Below, one piece after another: positions 48,299 through 57,500 of a stretch of DNA of 64,000 nucleotides. A program made the position numbers and the translations under genes. Within the stretch, counting starts at the first letter, position 1, and each line of letters starts with the position of its first letter. The stretch is taken from NCBI GenBank assembly GCA_963724765.1, contig CAVRVY010000004.1, positions 800,001 to 864,000 of the forward strand. Direction: 5' to 3'. This DNA comes from an uncultured delta proteobacterium (GTDB taxonomy: Bacteria > Desulfobacterota > Binatia > Binatales > Binataceae). The notes beneath the pieces were generated by a model that was given only the letters and a program-made list of their open reading frames with translations, ran no database searches and was not told the DNA's origin.

Positions 48299-50044
48299 TT
48301 AGTACTGGAGCGTTCTGACCACGGGATTTCCGGTGAGATTGGAGGCGTAGCCGCCGACGAATCCCGCGTTTAGATTGAGAGTGTCCGAGGCCAGCGTGTC
48401 GTAATCGCCCATGTAATCGGGCGCCATCAAGACGTCCTGTCCCACGATTGTGGGGAACTGCATTAACGTGATGCGATTGTTAAGCCAGTTCTTGCCGTTG
48501 TGAGAAGACGCGCAGAAGCGATCGATGCGAAAGTTGGCGGGGTCGCGCCTGCGGTCGTAAAAGCAAATCGCTATGCGGCCACTGCGATCCGAGGCGAGCG
48601 CCGGTTCGAACTGATCGGTCAGTGGCGCAGTGCCGCCCTCGGCGTTGTTATTGACCCGCACCGGTGGCGACCAGGTCGCACCTGCGTCGCTCGACTGGCT
48701 GAACATGATATCGGTGAAGTTGTAGAAGCCGGTCGTGGTCAGTGCGTCAGGCGCCTGGCGATCACCGTCATTCCACGCCAGGTAGACCATTGCGCTATTA
48801 AGGGTTCCCTTACCGATCGCGAGGCTGGGATGCTCGTTGCTGTGAGCCAGCCCCTGCCAATCGGCGCAGTCGCCCGCGCAACCGATCGTCGCCGCCGTAA
48901 CGGGCGAAGCCGGAAAGGACTGCGCCTGGTTGGTCGATCCGGAGATCTCGATCTCGCGTTCACCCAGGCCGTTGGTGTTACCAAACAATTCCCACGTTAC
49001 GTAGACCTCGCCATTCGGCCCCACCGCCACCTGTGAGCCGGCGACGAAAGCGAACGGATGCGCGCTGTCGGCGCATACCTGCGCCACCACCACCGGCGTA
49101 CCGCTCCAGGTCGTGCCTCCGTCGGCCGAACTTATGGCTTCGATCGCGTAGCGCGGCACCGCCGAACCGCTTTCGGTTCCGCATACCGAACCTGAAAAAT
49201 CGAGATCGCTGTAAGTCACATAGAGCCGGCCTGGCGTGCTGTGATCCACCGCGACCCAGGCTCCATCCACGATGTGGGTGTTCGATGGCTGACCGGATAT
49301 TACGACCGGCGTCGCAAACGTCTTCCCGCCATCGGTCGAGATTGACAGGCTCACGCCGGATACCTCGTTCGTGCCGTCCAGAAAGGCCGAGACATAGTAG
49401 AAGTTCGCCGCGCTCGCGCACGCGACGACCGGGTCACCCGACATGAAGGTGTTGGGATCGCTCGGCGTAGCCGGCGATCCCATATAGGTGAACGTGGCGC
49501 CGCGGTTGGACGACTGCGCATAGCCGTCCATGCTGACGCCGCGTCCGGCAGCCATCGTCGTTACTTCGGCGTCCGTGTCATTGAAACCCATCACCACGTT
49601 GCTACCGCACCAAGCGGTCGCCGTTTCACTCTGGGTAAACCCCGAATAGCGCGAGTTGCGGAGATTGGTTGCCAAAGCCAGCGGCGCTTCCGCTGTCTCA
49701 GGAGCACGCGATTGCACGGGCCCCGCAGGCACGGCCGTCCCTTTGATCACCCGCTCGCGCACGGCCGCCCAGCGATTGGCGAGGCTCAACAGATTGCGGC
49801 TTGCCGCGGAAAGCGGAACGGGATCGAACCCAGCAGTGTCCTCCAGGCGCCTAAGACGCGCCATCGTGACGTCGATTGGCGCCTCGGTTCGCGCAGCCTC
49901 GCTTTGGACACCCGGGCGCGCTGCGCTATCGGTCGCGAGTTGCCCGGCTGCGCAAACACCCACGCTCAGCATCGCGCCCAGCGCTATGCACAGAGCCCAC
50001 GCTGCCATCCCAACCGCATCCAGTCCCGCCTTTTCCTGGGCCAT
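48299..50044 (-). CDS. Secreted BNR/Asp-box (sialidase-like) beta-propeller protein
   Basis: Signal peptide; Asp boxes SSNRGATF, STDGGKTF, SSADGGTTW, STNQAQSF, SSDAGATW; C-terminal GDY. Confidence 0.82.
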   Translation of the reverse strand: MAQEKAGLDAVGMAAWALCIALGAMLSVGVCAAGQLATDSAARPGVQSEAARTEAPIDVTMARLRRLEDTAGFDPVPLSAASRNLLSLANRWAAVRERVIKGTAVPAGPVQSRAPETAEAPLALATNLRNSRYSGFTQSETATAWCGSNVVMGFNDTDAEVTTMAAGRGVSMDGYAQSSNRGATFTYMGSPATPSDPNTFMSGDPVVACASAANFYYVSAFLDGTNEVSGVSLSISTDGGKTFATPVVISGQPSNTHIVDGAWVAVDHSTPGRLYVTYSDLDFSGSVCGTESGSAVPRYAIEAISSADGGTTWSGTPVVVAQVCADSAHPFAFVAGSQVAVGPNGEVYVTWELFGNTNGLGEREIEISGSTNQAQSFPASPVTAATIGCAGDCADWQGLAHSNEHPSLAIGKGTLNSAMVYLAWNDGDRQAPDALTTTGFYNFTDIMFSQSSDAGATWSPPVRVNNNAEGGTAPLTDQFEPALASDRSGRIAICFYDRRRDPANFRIDRFCASSHNGKNWLNNRITLMQFPTIVGQDVLMAPDYMGDYDTLASDTLNLNAGFVGGYASNLTGNPVVRTLQY

Positions 50045-50091
50045 ATAGCGTTAGTCGCGCGCCCTCCGGCCGCGTCCCTCGCCTGTCGCAG

Positions 50092-50107
50092 GGCAACAAT
50101 GATGCCA
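50092..50107 (-). promoter_or_regulatory. Sigma54 -24/-12 promoter
   Basis: TGGCAT-CATTG-TTGCC, 48 bp upstream of the BNR-protein ATG. Confidence 0.65.
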
Positions 50108-50534
50108 CTCGGATATGCAAATGAGCGCGCGGAGGTTGAGTTCCGCGGACAAAAAAAACAGGCATTTGCCAAGAATCGCCGGCGCTGGAGACAAGCGAGA
50201 GTTTGGGAATCTTCCTGCCGATTCACCAAGCGCCATAAAACAGGCGCCGACGAATTGGCAGTTCGACGCAAACTGACACGGCGCCGAAGGCGCGCGACCG
50301 AAGGGCGCTATCAGAGTATTGCTGCTTTGGAACCGGCGGCGTGTGAGGCGACGCCCCCAGTCTTCAGGTGAGACAGCCGGGCGCGCCAGAATTAATTCCG
50401 CCATCGCCCGATGTCTGGGGATGTTCGCTGATTTCGGGCGAGGTCCCGCGAGCCTATCGATGTCCGGCGCCATTCGCCGGCACCCGCGCGAACCACATCG
50501 CCGGCGCGAGACTACGGCGATGCTTGCGGCAAAC

Positions 50535-50690
50535 TCACTCCCAGGGCGAGGAGAACTGCTCGAGTTCGCGGTCCACCGAACGCCGCGGAGTCTGCATCCC
50601 GTAGATTCCCGGCGCAAGCCATCTGAGCGCCGCGATCAGCCGCCACATCACCACGCTCGGCGCGCGAGCAATGGCTCGATTCATGTCCAT
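50535..50690 (-). CDS. Possible small protein (51 aa)
   Basis: MDMNRAIARAPSVVMWRLIAALRWLAPGIYGMQ...; lies downstream of a strong sigma54 motif; weak RBS. Confidence 0.3.
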   Translation of the reverse strand: MDMNRAIARAPSVVMWRLIAALRWLAPGIYGMQTPRRSVDRELEQFSSPWE

Positions 50691-50799
50691 TTCCGGATCT
50701 GAAACGCTAGTCATCCGCTGTGCGTCCACGAAGCACCACCCGGGGTCATCGCCCTGGAGATCCTCCGCTCCTGCCCCTGCCCCCCGAAGACGCAGGCAA

Positions 50800-50815
50800 A
50801 GCAATTGCCATGCCA
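50800..50815 (-). promoter_or_regulatory. Sigma54 -24/-12 promoter
   Basis: TGGCAT-GGCAA-TTGCT with an AT-rich tract immediately upstream (50816-50850). Confidence 0.65.
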
Positions 50816-50984
50816 TTAAACGAGTTGTGTCTAATATAATCAATTTTCGCCTGTACCAATTCGTACTGGGCATCACACAGATTCGCGCTCGCCACGCGTG
50901 TTGGACTGCAACGCACGATGCGCCGCGATGCCACTGGCGTCCGATCAAATAGGCAGTGAGACGCCGCATCGCTGTCAGCCTTGT

Positions 50985-51812
50985 CTAGTTTACCGCCAGG
51001 AGGAATTTCGTGATCACCGCCGCGCTGTACTCCGGCACTTCCCAGAAGAAGAGGTGACCCGCGCCGGGTATCTTGTGTATATGCGCGCCCGCAATACGTT
51101 CCTTGAGGATGTCGGAGTTGGCGTCCGGAACGAGCAGATCGGACGTGCCGGTGATGACCAGCGTCGGCGCCTTTATCAGGGACAGCCGATCGAAGGTGTC
51201 AAAACTCCCGATCGCGCCCCCTTGCAATTGATAGGTGTGAAACGGCGTCATCGGGTAATTCATCACTTCAGCCACCCGCTCTTTGAGTACCGCTTGGCCC
51301 CTGGCTGACGCGAGGAATGGCTTGGCACAGCAGGCGGCAAGCAGGCGCTCGACTTGTGGCGCAAGCGGCTCATCCGGGTTGGCCTGCAGCGCGGCGAGCG
51401 CTTCAGGGTCGCCTGCGATGCCGTGGCTGATGCTGCACAGCGTGCAACCCAGCACCAGTGCGCGCAGGCGCGCGGAATGATTGAGCGCGAACTCTTGCGC
51501 GATCATCCCGCCCATCGAGATGCCCATCACATGCGCGCGGTCGATTTTGGCATGGTCAAGCACGCTGGCCACGTCGGCGGCCATGTCGGCCAGCGAGAAC
51601 GGCTTTTCCGGCTTGTCGCTCTCGCCGGTGCCGCGGTTGTCGATCACGACAGTTTTGAAGTGCGCCTCGAGCAGCTTAAGGAACGGCTCGCCCCATCCGC
51701 GGCCCGACCCGCCGTAGCCGAAGATGAGCGCGAGCGGCTCGCCCTCGCCGCGGAGCTCGTAATGAATCCTGGTGCCGTCCCGACTCTGAGCAAAAAATGT
51801 TCTTGCGGCCAC
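50985..51812 (-). CDS. Alpha/beta hydrolase (enol-lactonase/depolymerase-like)
   Basis: DNRGTGESDKP, GISMGGMIAQ, GTSDLLVP, GAGHLF. Confidence 0.9.
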   Translation of the reverse strand: MAARTFFAQSRDGTRIHYELRGEGEPLALIFGYGGSGRGWGEPFLKLLEAHFKTVVIDNRGTGESDKPEKPFSLADMAADVASVLDHAKIDRAHVMGISMGGMIAQEFALNHSARLRALVLGCTLCSISHGIAGDPEALAALQANPDEPLAPQVERLLAACCAKPFLASARGQAVLKERVAEVMNYPMTPFHTYQLQGGAIGSFDTFDRLSLIKAPTLVITGTSDLLVPDANSDILKERIAGAHIHKIPGAGHLFFWEVPEYSAAVITKFLLAVN

Positions 51813-51875
51813 TGGTTTCTCCGTCGCAATCAGATTTACGCCGCAGGGTACATCGCCGCGAACTTTTCCGGAATA

Positions 51876-52712
51876 TCATTCCGGGTCTTGTGCATTTTCA
51901 TCGCTATCTGTTTGCTTGTGCTGCGCCGCGGTCGAACTTTCGCAGATGGTCAGCCAGTCGGTGCGCACCTTGTCCCATTGCTGAATCAACACGCCGTGCG
52001 CCTCGAATAGCGCGCGGATACGCTGCGGACTCCAGCCGGCGATCTGTTCGAGGATCGGCACCAGCACGCTCAAGGCGTCGTCGCTGATAATCGTGCGCTT
52101 GGCGATCTGCGTGATGTACTTGGCCTCCGAGGCCGCGATCGTGAAGCCGCCGCGATGGTTCACCTCGAGCATGACGTGGATGTCCGAGCTGCCGTCGCCC
52201 ACATAAATAACGCGGTCACTCGGGACGCCCAGCGCCAGGCGCAACTCATCGATCGCCGCCACCTTGCCATAGCCCGCGGCCACCCGCACGATCGACTCGA
52301 TCTCGCCCGACTCCGCAGCATAGCCGAGCCTGGTGCCGACAACGTGATCCGGCGGCACGATTCCCTCCAGGGCCGACCGCACGACCTCCTCGGGCGCCGC
52401 AGAAATGACGTAGAAGTCGAAACGATGACCCTCGATGCCGTTTTCCAGCAGCTCGGTCAGCAGCGGGATGTTGCGTTTGAGACGCACGCGGCGGCCGACT
52501 TCGGCCAGGTCCTGCCTGCGCACGCGCCGGAACTCCGGGTCGTGGCGCAGAAGGTAGGCCAGTTCGCCGCCCTGCTGCACCAGGTTGAGCCGCGAGAGGC
52601 CGATCACCTTTTCTTCGAAGCCGGTGATGCGGAGCAGCTCGCTCAGAGCGATACCGGAATCGTTGAAGCTGAGCGTCTGATCGAAATCGCTTGCGAGCAG
52701 ATAGTGTTTCAT
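51876..52712 (-). CDS. HAD-IB family hydrolase
   Basis: DFDQT motif I, ISAA motif [12 protein letters not shown] motif IV. Confidence 0.88.
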   Translation of the reverse strand: MKHYLLASDFDQTLSFNDSGIALSELLRITGFEEKVIGLSRLNLVQQGGELAYLLRHDPEFRRVRRQDLAEVGRRVRLKRNIPLLTELLENGIEGHRFDFYVISAAPEEVVRSALEGIVPPDHVVGTRLGYAAESGEIESIVRVAAGYGKVAAIDELRLALGVPSDRVIYVGDGSSDIHVMLEVNHRGGFTIAASEAKYITQIAKRTIISDDALSVLVPILEQIAGWSPQRIRALFEAHGVLIQQWDKVRTDWLTICESSTAAQHKQTDSDENAQDPE

Positions 52713-52909
52713 CTGATGCAACGGCAAATCATGATAGCGCGAACCATTTGGCTATTCGCGACACAAGTCAGGAGCAGCAATAAGTATTAATGGAATGTTC
52801 ATGGAGTATTACGCGCCGCCGCCGCCGGACTCGCTCACAAGCAGCAATTGTACCATCTATTCTTCGCGCAAACTTGCCGCCACGCTGCCTCAGCGCGAAT
52901 CGCCAATAG

Positions 52910-52946
52910 AAAAAGGCGGCCCGCGCGGTAGACGCGCGAACCGCCT
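52910..52946 (-). terminator. Intrinsic terminator after the PHA cluster
   Basis: Minus strand AGGCGGTTCGCGCG-TCTAC-CGCGCGGGCCGCCT-TTTT. Confidence 0.75.
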
Positions 52947-53007
52947 GCAATACCATCATCAGCGGAGCGAAATTATAGTCCGCCCCCGCTTGGAAGCGAA
53001 CGGCTCC

Positions 53008-53274
53008 TTAGAGCTTCCAGAGCGAACGAGCGGTGCTCACGCTCTGCTCGACCAACTTGCGGCCGATCGTTTGCTGCGCTTCGATCAGGGGGTAGATAGG
53101 AGTTTCCTTGGCCCACTCGGTCGCTTTGACCTGGAAATCCAGCGCCTGGGTCGCGAGCTTCTCGGTAGTGTCGATGTACCACGCCGCCGCCTTTTTGGCG
53201 CCCGCCGGATTAAAGCAGGTTTCCGCGATACGTGAAAATCCCTCGTATGCTCCGCTATGTTCTTTCTCTGACAT
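53008..53274 (-). CDS. Small helical protein, putative phasin
   Basis: 88 aa, GGAGGAG RBS, amphipathic Ala/Gln/Glu/Lys helices, directly downstream of phaC. Confidence 0.6.
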   Translation of the reverse strand: MSEKEHSGAYEGFSRIAETCFNPAGAKKAAAWYIDTTEKLATQALDFQVKATEWAKETPIYPLIEAQQTIGRKLVEQSVSTARSLWKL

Positions 53275-53361
53275 TAGTAATCTCCTCCGTACATTCTTTT
53301 GGGAGCCTTGCTCCGTCGTGTTAGAATTTAACCACGAATTCGCGTTAGGCTCGGTGTGCTT

Positions 53362-53377
53362 TGTCGCGCGCGCGACA
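53362..53377. promoter_or_regulatory. CRP/CooA-type operator
   Basis: TGTCG-CGCGCG-CGACA perfect palindrome about 90 bp upstream of the putative phasin ATG. Confidence 0.6.
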
Positions 53378-53426
53378 TTTTCGAACGTTTGCGCGTCGTC
53401 ATGATTCTTTCCCTTACGTTTCTTGT

Positions 53427-54509
53427 TCAATTCGATCGTTCTCCCAACCATGCGCCGATTTTTGGCCACAGTTGCTTGTGAGCCGCGCCGCTCACCATCG
53501 CTCCCACGTGTCCGGTCGGGAAGGTCAGATTGCGCCGGTCGCAGCTGCTCACGCGATCGACCAGCCCCAGGCTCGAGCGTGGATGCACTACGTCGTCGTA
53601 GTCGGCAACCACGTTGAGCAACGGACACCTGATTTGTTCAATTTCGACCTTGCGCCCGCCGACCTCGAACCCGCCGCGCGCAAGCAGATTACGCTTGAAG
53701 ATATCCCCGGACATCTCCCGGAAAATCCGTCCCGCCATCGCCACGTCGCTGCTCATCCAGCGCTCGAACAGATCAAACTGTTCGGCATAGCCGTCGCGCT
53801 CGGCGTTGCGATACAGACCAACGTACTTGTCGATCGCGTGATGCACCGGGGCCATCGCGGTGAAGAACGACTGCACCATCCATGCTGGGCAGTTGCCATG
53901 CACCCGCGTGACCATCTCCATCGCCTCCTCGCTCATCCGGTCGAGGATGCTATAGATGGGCAAATCGCGCACACCCATGTCGAACGGCGTGGTCGCGGTC
54001 ACTAGGTTGCGCACGTTCTCGGGATGGAGCGCGGTGTAGATGAGGCTCAGCAGCGCGCCGAAGCAGTAACCCAGAACCGTGACCTGCGCGGTGCGCGTGA
54101 TCGCGCGCACGAAACGCACAGCCTTGTCGAGGTCGCCGTTGACGTAGGCGTCGAAGCCGCGCCAGGTGTCGGTAGGATTGGGCGGCAGCCAGTCGGTCAG
54201 GTAAACGTCAAAGCCCGAGCGCGTCAGGAATTCGATCACGCTGCGGCCCTTCTGGATGTCGAGCACGAACGGACGCTTGATCAACGCGTAGACCAGCACG
54301 ATAGGCGTGCGATGGGCATTTGTGCCCGTGGCCGCGTAATGACGCAGCCGCACCTTGCCGCTCTCGAAGACCACGCGGTAGGGCGTGACCGGCTGAGGGT
54401 CGTTGACGGTCGCATGTGCGCCCTTTTTGAAACCGTCGAGCGTGCGCATCGCGCCGTCGAGCCAGTAGCCGGCAATCGCGTTCATTGGCGTGTTAGTTGG
54501 CTGGAGCAT
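53427..54509 (-). CDS. phaC: Class III PHA synthase subunit PhaC
   Basis: PIVLVYALIKRPFVLD, DVYLTDW, lipase box GYCFG, catalytic D (YDDVV) and H (TGHVG); ATG 54509. Confidence 0.9.
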   Translation of the reverse strand: MLQPTNTPMNAIAGYWLDGAMRTLDGFKKGAHATVNDPQPVTPYRVVFESGKVRLRHYAATGTNAHRTPIVLVYALIKRPFVLDIQKGRSVIEFLTRSGFDVYLTDWLPPNPTDTWRGFDAYVNGDLDKAVRFVRAITRTAQVTVLGYCFGALLSLIYTALHPENVRNLVTATTPFDMGVRDLPIYSILDRMSEEAMEMVTRVHGNCPAWMVQSFFTAMAPVHHAIDKYVGLYRNAERDGYAEQFDLFERWMSSDVAMAGRIFREMSGDIFKRNLLARGGFEVGGRKVEIEQIRCPLLNVVADYDDVVHPRSSLGLVDRVSSCDRRNLTFPTGHVGAMVSGAAHKQLWPKIGAWLGERSN

Positions 54510-55032
54510 CTTCGCCTTGCTTGCGCTCGAAGGGCGCCACCGCCGGAGTCCATCCGCCATTCCACATCGCGGTCAACGGGTCACCCACCTGGCGCTCGCC
54601 CGCAGCCGTCTCGATCTCCGCCGCGCGCGCTTCCTCGGCTTCCAGGCGGGCCCCCGCCAGGTCGTCGCGAAGCGCCCCCAGTTCGGCGCGCAACTCAGTC
54701 AACTCGGCTGCCGAGGGCAGCCCCACCACCGGCCATAGCGCGGCGAAAAACGCCCCCGTCATTGCCGAACCCAGGCGCTGCCACCTGAGCGACGCCTCCA
54801 TCGAGCGGCCCGCCGAAGCACCGACCTCCGGACTTGCATAAAGACCGTTGGCGGATTCGTTGAGCAACTGCACCCAGGCGTCGTAGGCCTTCCATCCCGC
54901 CTGCTGCAGGTCCTTTTCGAGATCATGCTCCCCGCCGCGTTCGCGGTCCTGGGCGAACATGCTTCTGGCGGCCACGAATGGCATTTCGACCATCGCCTCG
55001 CCGAGTTTGGCCCATTGCTCGAAGAATTTCAT
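54493..55032 (-). CDS. phaE: Short PhaE/PhaR-like PHA synthase subunit
   Basis: YDAWV...LYASPE...GR..EASL...GLPSAAELTELRAELGALR resembles the PhaE C-terminal box; overlaps phaC start; AAAGGGG RBS. Confidence 0.7.
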   Translation of the reverse strand: MKFFEQWAKLGEAMVEMPFVAARSMFAQDRERGGEHDLEKDLQQAGWKAYDAWVQLLNESANGLYASPEVGASAGRSMEASLRWQRLGSAMTGAFFAALWPVVGLPSAAELTELRAELGALRDDLAGARLEAEEARAAEIETAAGERQVGDPLTAMWNGGWTPAVAPFERKQGEDAPAN

Positions 55033-55096
55033 ATGTACCCCTTTATGCTATCCGCGTGGTCGAAGACTGGCCCAAAACGATACGCTATGCTGTTTG

Positions 55097-55112
55097 AGCA
55101 GCATTTATGCCA
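55097..55112 (-). promoter_or_regulatory. Sigma54 promoter of phaEC
   Basis: TGGCAT-AAATG-CTGCT (GG-N10-GC), 65 bp upstream of the phaE ATG. Confidence 0.6.
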
Positions 55113-55354
55113 ATCGTTTCAACTATTCCTTGTCGCTCTTGTTGCCGGATGCCTCGCGCCGGGGATGCCCATTGTGCGCGCCTCTGCCGCCGTTTTAGGC
55201 ACTCCTCCATTTTCACGACCAATCCGTACCGTGATTCGGTTGCTGCCTGATGAAGGCCGGATTGTCGCTGAATGAATCACCCTGCGCTTTTCCTGCATTC
55301 GGTGATTGAAGACTATCTGATATTCACGGTATAGCAAAATTAGCTTTCTTAACA

Positions 55355-55374
55355 TTTGTCGCAGGTGCGACAAA
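55355..55374. promoter_or_regulatory. CRP/CooA-type operator
   Basis: TTTGTCGCA-GG-TGCGACAAA perfect 9-2-9 palindrome (core TGTCG-N6-CGACA). Confidence 0.7.
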
Positions 55375-55452
55375 ACCGAGCATGCGCGGCCCTTAACCCT
55401 CGTGTTTGGTCGCTTTGGTGACATCACCGCCGTCTGTGCTAACCAATGAAAT

Positions 55453-56190
55453 GTGACAGCCGAAGTCTCGCAACAGAAGCTGCTCAGCCGGCTACGGACG
55501 CTAGCGTGGATGTCGGAGGCGCAGCTCGCCAAGCTCTCCACCGCGACCATCACGCGCCGCGTGCGGCGCCACGAAACAATTTTTTTCGAGGGCGAGGACG
55601 CCAAGTCCGTTTACGTGCTGCTCTCGGGCGTCGCCAAGCTGACCTTTCTCAACGCGAGCGAACGTATCCTGGTCTCGCTGGTCGGTCCCGGCGAGATCTT
55701 CGGCGTCTCCTCGCTGCTGACGGTGGCCAAGCGGCCCTTTCGATGCGACGCGTTCAGCGACTGCCTGGTCGGCGTCACCAGTCCGGAGGCCTTCGTCGAC
55801 GCCTCGCTCGGCGTGCGCCTGGAAGATTTGAGCCGGGTGCTCGATGTCACTGTGGGACGCTGGTGGGCGATGCTCTTGCGGTATACGAATTTTCTCGGAC
55901 TCGCGTTGCGCGAGCGGCTGGCGGGCGCGCTGCTGGAGTTGGGGACCAAGTTTGGTGCCGAGGACGCGCGCGGGCGGATTTTAACCCTGAAGCTTACGCA
56001 TAGCGATCTGGCCGAGTTGGTCGGCGCGTCGCGCCAGCGGATCACCGAGCAGTTGAGCGAATTCGAGCGCACCGGCGTGATCATCCGCGACGGGCGGCGT
56101 CTCATAATCGTCACCAGCGAATTGCTCGCCCTGGTGCAGGGTGACAAGCCGGGCCCCGGCGGCGACGAGGGCACCGGCGCCGCGCGCTAA
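55453..56190 (+). CDS. CRP/FNR family transcriptional regulator
   Basis: IFFEGE, YVLLSGVAKL, PGEIFG, ERLAGALLEL, LTHSDLAELVGASRQRIT. Confidence 0.93.
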   Translation: MTAEVSQQKLLSRLRTLAWMSEAQLAKLSTATITRRVRRHETIFFEGEDAKSVYVLLSGVAKLTFLNASERILVSLVGPGEIFGVSSLLTVAKRPFRCDAFSDCLVGVTSPEAFVDASLGVRLEDLSRVLDVTVGRWWAMLLRYTNFLGLALRERLAGALLELGTKFGAEDARGRILTLKLTHSDLAELVGASRQRITEQLSEFERTGVIIRDGRRLIIVTSELLALVQGDKPGPGGDEGTGAAR

Positions 56191-56224
56191 GTTATCTATC
56201 CAACGATCGAAGAATAATGTCTCA

Positions 56225-57259
56225 TCAATTCTTCCTGAAATACGGCATCACTTCGCGGGCGAAGAGCCGCATCGATTTCTTGGTCAATTCCGAATCCACG
56301 TTGGGAAAGTCCATCATGCATTGCAGATAGTCCATCCCCACTTCGCGCTGGTATTTTTCGATCTCGCGGATGCAATGGCCGGGGTTGCCCAGGATGAAGC
56401 GCTCGCGGAAGGTCTCCAGGCTGACTTCGCGTGCGCCGGATACAGCCTGTCCGCGGTCGTCCTTTAACTCGCGCACCTGCGCCCAGCGTCCGTACATTCC
56501 GGCCTGTATATAGATCATTCCGGGCCCGCCTTCCCGCTCTGCCTGCTTCATGGTCTCGGCGCAATAGACCTCGCGGATGACTGGCGTACAGGTTTCCTTG
56601 CGGCCGAATTCAGCCAGGTAACGCCGATAGCTTGCGTAATGATTTTTAAGATCGCTCAGATGATGGCGTGGCGAGGAGCACAGCGCGTCCGCCCATTTTG
56701 CCGCGCGGCGAAAGCCACCTTCGGTCGAAGCTCCGATCCAGATTGGCGGATGAGGCTTCTGCGCGGGCTTGGGCATCACGGAGATTTCCGGAAACTGATA
56801 GTACTTGCCGCTGTACGCGAACGAATCGGTGGTCCACGACTTGATCAGGATCTCCAGTTGCTCTTCCATCCGCGCTTCCCGGCCCTTGCGCGGTTCTCCC
56901 AGACCTTCGAACTCGATCGGACGGTAACCGGCGGCCACGCCCACGATGACGCGTCCATTGGCGATATTGTCGAGCACCGCCACGTCCTCGGCGATGCGCA
57001 CCGGGCGATGGAGCGGCAGCAGCAGCATCGCGGTGCCGATCTTGATTATGCTCGTCCGCGCCGCCATCGCGGCCGCCGTCAGGAGCACCGAGGGGCACTC
57101 GCCGTCTTCCTTGAAGTGATGTTCGATGAGCCAGGCGGAATCGAAGCCCAGTTCCTCGGCAAGCACTACCTGCTCGAGCATCTCTCGATATACTTCGGTG
57201 TGCGGTTTTCCCGAGCCCTGGGCCGCCTGCAGATTGAAGGGGCCGATACCGAATTTCAT
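56225..57259 (-). CDS. LLM-class flavin-dependent oxidoreductase
   Basis: AEELGFDSAWLIEHH, PVRIAEDVAVLD, PKPAQKPHPPIW. Confidence 0.92.
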   Translation of the reverse strand: MKFGIGPFNLQAAQGSGKPHTEVYREMLEQVVLAEELGFDSAWLIEHHFKEDGECPSVLLTAAAMAARTSIIKIGTAMLLLPLHRPVRIAEDVAVLDNIANGRVIVGVAAGYRPIEFEGLGEPRKGREARMEEQLEILIKSWTTDSFAYSGKYYQFPEISVMPKPAQKPHPPIWIGASTEGGFRRAAKWADALCSSPRHHLSDLKNHYASYRRYLAEFGRKETCTPVIREVYCAETMKQAEREGGPGMIYIQAGMYGRWAQVRELKDDRGQAVSGAREVSLETFRERFILGNPGHCIREIEKYQREVGMDYLQCMMDFPNVDSELTKKSMRLFAREVMPYFRKN

Positions 57260-57500
57260 GATTTGGCTCTCCATTAAAATTATTTCCGCGCTGAATTCTC
57301 TGTCAAAATTCCGTGAAGATGTAAATGTCTGAATCGTCGAAAGCGGCGCGGGAACGGCTTGAAATCGCCGCGCGATTGCTGAAGAGTCTTACCTTCGTCC
57401 GAGTTTTATTTTCGTTCGGATTTGTTGTCGTAAAATCTGATTTCCAAATAACGATTTCCAAGCCACGTAACGCGGCGCCCCCGCGAGGAGCACTGGCGAG

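Noticed and set aside
50084-50098. Third CooA-type box TGTCGCAGGGCAACA
   Set aside because: Spacer of 5 and a mismatched half-site; overlaps the sigma54 -12 element
53328-53402. 24-aa basic ORF MTTRKRSKMSRARQSTPSLTRIRG between phaC and the phasin, with an AAGGGA RBS-like sequence
   Set aside because: Too short to support; overlaps the TGTCG-N6-CGACA operator, which explains the sequence better. Ribo-seq could revive it
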